Part shown: positions 60,487 to 64,000 of the stretch, piece after piece
How positions within the stretch are numbered: the stretch's first letter is position 1
Layout of the letters: each line of letters begins with the position of its first letter
From: Actinomycetales bacterium
GTDB taxonomy: Bacteria; Actinomycetota; Actinomycetes; Nanopelagicales; Nanopelagicaceae
Length of the DNA: 64,000 nt
Reading direction: 5' to 3'
Assembly (NCBI GenBank): GCA_046080845.1
Contig: JBJTUU010000032.1
Span: forward strand, 906-64,905
The notes under the pieces: generated by a model
Told to the model about the DNA's origin: nothing
Database searches by the model: none
The model's input: only the letters and a program-made list of their open reading frames with translations
Position numbers and translations under genes: made by a program

Positions 60487-61752
60487 CTAGGCGGCGCTTG
60501 TACCTCTAGATTTGGAGATTGCATGGAATACGCGATAGCCAATCACCGCAACTAGAGTTGCGTTGATAATTCCATTGAATGTGAAATCTCCACTTGTCCA
60601 AGAGATATCGGCGATACCGATGATGATTGCAGATGCTGCTACCACTAGATTGGTCGAATCTGCGAAGTTAACGCGAGATTCAATCCAGATCTTGGCACCG
60701 AGAATTCCAATCATTCCAAATAGTGCGACTTGAACTCCGCCAAGTACGCCACCTGGAATTGCGCTTAGAACAGCGCCGAATTTAGGTGAAATGGAGAGCA
60801 CAATCGCTCCAATAGCAGCGATCCAATAGGCTGCTGTGGAATAAACGCGTGTGGCTGCCATAACGCCAATGTTCTCGGCATAAGTTGTGGTTCCCGATCC
60901 ACCACCAGCTCCAGCAAGAGTTGTGGCAACGCCATCTGCGAGCAGCGCATTGCCCATCTGATCATCCAAGTTCTTACCAGTCATTGTGGAAACCGCTTTA
61001 ACGTGTCCAACGTTCTCCGCAATTAAAACTAGAACTACTGGCAAGAAGAGCACGATTGCGCTCAACTTGAATTCAGGTGTAGTGAAAGTTGGGGCGGCAA
61101 ACCATTTCGCAGCGGTAATGCCATCGGTCTTTACATCTCCCATTAGGAAGGCTACGAGGTAACCGACCAGCAGACCCATAAAAATAGAGATGCGGCCGAG
61201 GAATCCTCGAGAGAACGCGGCGAAGAATGCGATGGAGAGAAGTGTGATGGTGCCAATCATCGGTCCACTTGCCAAGCCACCTTTTGCCGCGCCTGCTAAG
61301 TTGAATCCGATTACCATAACGATGGTTCCAGTAACAACTGGTGGCAACATCCATTCAATCCAGCCAGTTCCGACCATCTTGGCAACTAAGCCGACTAGTG
61401 CAAGCAAGACACCAGTCGCTACCACGCCACCGAGCGCAACGGCCATACTGTCACTTTTTACAGAGGCGGCAATTGGCGCTAGGAATGCAAATGATGATCC
61501 GAGATAGCTGGGAAGTTTGTTCTGAGTGATGATGAGGAAGAGCATGGTGCCAACGCCTGAGAAGAAGAGTGTGGTCGTTGGAGGTAGTCCGGTAAGTATC
61601 GGCACGAGGAAGGTTGCGCCGAACATCGCAGCGATGTGCTGAAGACCGACGCCGATAGTCCTTGGCCAGCTGAGTCGTTCATCTGTTGATACGACCTCGC
61701 CAGGGGCGATGCTGGTTCCATTTCCGTGGAGCTTCCATGAGAGAAGGCTCAT
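60487..61752 (-). CDS. NCS2-family nucleobase (uracil/xanthine) permease
   Basis: About 12-14 TM helices with an NCS2-like pattern (QHIAAMFGATFLVP...). The ATG at 61752 is preceded by AAGAGGA 8 nt upstream; the ORF-track start 61782 has no SD. Confidence 0.85.
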   Translation of the reverse strand: MSLLSWKLHGNGTSIAPGEVVSTDERLSWPRTIGVGLQHIAAMFGATFLVPILTGLPPTTTLFFSGVGTMLFLIITQNKLPSYLGSSFAFLAPIAASVKSDSMAVALGGVVATGVLLALVGLVAKMVGTGWIEWMLPPVVTGTIVMVIGFNLAGAAKGGLASGPMIGTITLLSIAFFAAFSRGFLGRISIFMGLLVGYLVAFLMGDVKTDGITAAKWFAAPTFTTPEFKLSAIVLFLPVVLVLIAENVGHVKAVSTMTGKNLDDQMGNALLADGVATTLAGAGGGSGTTTYAENIGVMAATRVYSTAAYWIAAIGAIVLSISPKFGAVLSAIPGGVLGGVQVALFGMIGILGAKIWIESRVNFADSTNLVVAASAIIIGIADISWTSGDFTFNGIINATLVAVIGYRVFHAISKSRGTSAA

Positions 61753-61951
61753 GTGAATGATCCTCTTTTCTAGCGCGCCCATTGGTTAGCGAAGAGGGCC
61801 CGCCAAAGAATTAGGGTAGGCGTGGAAAAGTCTTACCTAGGGGTAGGCGCGCCCCTAACTGGGAGTTTTTTGAGCGTACTTGAGCGCGAAGGAATCGCCC
61901 GCGGGCGGAACTTGAGCTTGGCGCCCCCTTGGGCTTAAATAACGCCTCGAT

Positions 61952-61966
61952 ATATCGAATCGATAT
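61952..61966. promoter_or_regulatory. Perfect 7-1-7 palindrome ATATCGA-A-TCGATAT, candidate PadR operator
   Basis: Read directly from the sequence. It lies 27-41 nt upstream of the PadR start codon in the divergent permease/PadR intergenic region. Confidence 0.35.
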
Positions 61967-61992
61967 GTCTATTAGATATGAGGAGGGCGGGC

Positions 61993-62535
61993 ATGGCACG
62001 ATCGCGATCAGAATCCCTGGAATTCGCCCTACTCGGACTGCTCTCTCAGGATCCGCTCCACGGTTATGAATTAAGGAAAAGACTTCGGACAATTTTCGGT
62101 CCATTTCGCGCTCTCTCATTTTCGGTGCTCTACCCACAACTACGTCGCATGACCGAAGTTGGCTTAGTAGAACAAGAATCAGTTCCCAAAGGTGGCCGCT
62201 CTAAACGAACCCGTTTGGTTTATTCAATAACAAAAAAAGGAAGAGATCGCTTTGATGAATTAACCGAACGTATTTCCCCAGCAGCTTGGGAAGATGATAA
62301 TTTTGAAGTTCATGTCGCATTCTTTAGCCCAACATCAAAGCGAAATCGATTAAGAATTCTTGAAGGACGGTTACGCCGACTTCAAGAGCGAGCCGACATA
62401 CTCCGAGCGGATTTAGATCGCTCTGCAGTTGGTCTCGATAAGTACTTAGTGGAGTGGCGCCGTCACTCCCTAGAGACAGCGGAGCGAGAAATCGCTTGGC
62501 TCGAAGAGATGATCAATTCGGAAAGGAAATCCTAG
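61993..62535 (+). CDS. PadR-family transcriptional regulator
   Basis: w[26 protein letters not shown] plus a C-terminal dimerisation helix. The ATG at 61993 has GAGGAGG 6 nt upstream. Located upstream of ino1, as in mycobacteria. Confidence 0.85.
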   Translation: MARSRSESLEFALLGLLSQDPLHGYELRKRLRTIFGPFRALSFSVLYPQLRRMTEVGLVEQESVPKGGRSKRTRLVYSITKKGRDRFDELTERISPAAWEDDNFEVHVAFFSPTSKRNRLRILEGRLRRLQERADILRADLDRSAVGLDKYLVEWRRHSLETAEREIAWLEEMINSERKS

Positions 62536-63620
62536 TGTCAAGTAAAGAAATCCGTGTCGCGATTGTTGGAGTCGGCAACTGTTCCAATTCACTGGTTCAA
62601 GGAGTCGAGTACTACAAAAACGCGCCAGATAATGAAGAGATACCCGGATTGATGAATGTCGTAGTCGGTGGTTATCACGTTCGCGACGTTAAGTTTGTGG
62701 CAGCCTTTGACGTTGACGATAAGAAAGTCGGTAAAGACTTAGTCGATGCCATGTGGGCGAGTGAAAACAACACAATCAAGTTCTGTGACGTGCCAAAGAG
62801 TGGTGTCACGGTTTTGCGAGGACCAACCCATGATGGTCTGGGTCGTTATTACCGAGAAACCATCACCGAATCTAAGGCAACACCGGTCGATGTAGTTGCT
62901 GAACTTAAAGCCGCAAAAGTCGATGTTCTCGTCTGCTATCTGCCAGTCGGCTCTGAAGAAGCCACCAAGTTCTATGCCCAATGTGCACTTGATGCTGGAT
63001 GTGCGTTTGTTAATGCGCTTCCTGTATTTATCGCTTCAACTCCAGAATGGGCAGATAAATTCACCAAGGCGGGGCTGCCAATCGTTGGCGATGACATCAA
63101 GTCTCAAGTTGGCGCAACTATTACCCATAGAATCCTGGCTAAGTTGTTCCAAGATCGCGGCGTAAAAGTGGATCGCACTTATCAGCTAAATGTTGGCGGA
63201 AATATGGACTTCAAAAATATGTTGGAACGAGACCGCCTAGAGTCCAAGAAGATTTCCAAGACCCAATCGGTTACTTCTCAGCTTGATTACGATTTAGGTG
63301 AAGGCAATGTGCATATCGGACCATCGGACTATGTTCGTTGGTTAGATGACCGTAAGTGGGCCTTCGTTCGCCTTGAAGGTCGCGCTTTTGGTGATGTTCC
63401 TCTGAACATCGAATACAAGCTAGAAGTTTGGGATTCACCAAACTCAGCAGGGGTAATCATCGATGCGGTTCGTTGCGCTAAGTTGGCGTTGGATCGCAAG
63501 ATTGGTGGCCCGCTGCTCTCACCATCGAGCTATTTCATGAAATCTCCACCAGAGCAATACACAGATGAAGAGGCCCTAATTCGCACCAAAGAATTTATCA
63601 GCGGAAAGCGAAATAGCTAG
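62535..63620 (+). CDS. ino1: Inositol-3-phosphate synthase
   Basis: The GTG start overlaps the PadR stop (TAGTG). The N-terminus [16 protein letters not shown] is typical of bacterial Ino1. About 361 aa. Confidence 0.9.
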   Translation: MSSKEIRVAIVGVGNCSNSLVQGVEYYKNAPDNEEIPGLMNVVVGGYHVRDVKFVAAFDVDDKKVGKDLVDAMWASENNTIKFCDVPKSGVTVLRGPTHDGLGRYYRETITESKATPVDVVAELKAAKVDVLVCYLPVGSEEATKFYAQCALDAGCAFVNALPVFIASTPEWADKFTKAGLPIVGDDIKSQVGATITHRILAKLFQDRGVKVDRTYQLNVGGNMDFKNMLERDRLESKKISKTQSVTSQLDYDLGEGNVHIGPSDYVRWLDDRKWAFVRLEGRAFGDVPLNIEYKLEVWDSPNSAGVIIDAVRCAKLALDRKIGGPLLSPSSYFMKSPPEQYTDEEALIRTKEFISGKRNS

Positions 63621-63632
63621 TAGGAACTTATG

Positions 63633-63662
63633 GCGCCCCTTGGGATTTAAGGGGCGCTTTTC
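63633..63662 (+). terminator. Rho-independent terminator after ino1
   Basis: 9-bp stem GCGCCCCTT / AAGGGGCGC (63633-63641 / 63649-63657) followed by TTTT. Confidence 0.7.
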
Positions 63663-63681
63663 CTATCTATAGGATTACGAA

Positions 63682-64000
63682 ATGGCATTGATAGAGCGCG
63701 AAATAGATGGCGCCATCTTAATATTGAAGTTAAATCGCCCGGAGAAGCAGAACGCGTTGACGCGTGAGATGTACCAGGATTTAGCCAATGCCATAAATGA
63801 AGCTCACGGAGATTTTGGTGTGAGAGCTGCTGTCATTACTACTACCTCCCAACACTTCACGGCCGGAAATGATCTCTTCGATTTTCTAAATGAACCTCCG
63901 ATTGAACCTGGTTCGCCGGTTATGAATTTTCTAGAGGCAATACATAATTTTGCTAAACCACTGATTGCAGCCGTCTCAGGAAATGCAGTAGGAATTGGAA
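63682..64000 (+). CDS. Enoyl-CoA hydratase/isomerase (crotonase) family protein, 3'-truncated by window edge
   Basis: Not in the ORF track because there is no stop in the window. MALIEREIDGAILILKLNRPEKQNALT...FTAGNDL...KPLIAAVSGNAVGIG is the classic crotonase N-terminus. Confidence 0.8.
   Translation, partial: MALIEREIDGAILILKLNRPEKQNALTREMYQDLANAINEAHGDFGVRAAVITTTSQHFTAGNDLFDFLNEPPIEPGSPVMNFLEAIHNFAKPLIAAVSGNAVGIG

Noticed and set aside
61753-61951. Known purine riboswitch or PyrR attenuator in the permease leader
   Set aside because: By eye I could not find the conserved purine-aptamer junctions (UAUAAU ... UCUACC ... CCGUAAAU ... GACUA) or a PyrR binding loop. The region is therefore reported only as an unclassified structured leader.
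61811-62137. 108-aa minus-strand ORF spanning the permease leader and the PadR start
   Set aside because: It overlaps the SD-supported PadR CDS and the repeat-rich non-coding leader. Its composition is Arg/Pro/Gly-rich, consistent with GC-rich non-coding DNA.

Overview
This window is a tightly packed chromosomal core region of an actinobacterium. The assignment rests on gene order, which follows well-known Mycobacterium/Corynebacterium blocks:
- hrcA-dnaJ-rsmE-HIT-phoH-ybeY-CBS
- FAH-gltX-tRNAGln-tRNAGlu-IclR-leuCD-hupB
- plsC-gpsA-ddl-thiL-rpmB-recG-rsmD-coaD-X-yceD-rpmF-rnc-mutM-smc-ftsY-amt-glnK-ffh-rpsP-KH-rimM-trmD
- DUF4193/DUF3093/dut/DUF3159/trkA-trkA
- acn, dxs, fadBA, rnd, DUF3000
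- RipC-like/PimB-like/FadD15-like/SRPBCC
- PadR-ino1

The DNA looks more AT-rich than typical Actinobacteria (GC not computed). Genes abut or overlap almost everywhere. Several genes that occupy these blocks in mycobacteria (glnD, rplS, ppk, ung) are absent from their usual positions. Together this suggests a genome-streamlined lineage, possibly a freshwater acI/Nanopelagicales-type actinobacterium, but that is inference only.

I call about 71 CDS (one partial at the 3' edge), 2 tRNAs, 3 intrinsic terminators and a few candidate operator sites. Two ribosomal protein genes needed correction relative to the ORF track. rpmF is below the track's length cut-off and is masked by an out-of-frame ORF. 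rpmB has a GTG start inside a longer ORF.

I see no CRISPR array, transposase, integrase, prophage or recognisable defence island. I do not find a convincing new multi-gene system. The best leads are modest:
- a sensor-less mini histidine kinase translationally coupled to an acyl-CoA ligase
- a GC-rich, repeat-laden structured leader with an SD-sequestering helix upstream of a nucleobase permease
- a GlnR-like repeat upstream of amt, combined with clean loss of glnD
- a small Cys4 ORF whose start codon overlaps that of a divergent gene
- an orphan Cas4-like nuclease
- pervasive overlap of convergent gene ends

All functional calls come from by-eye motif recognition and synteny. No database searches were run.
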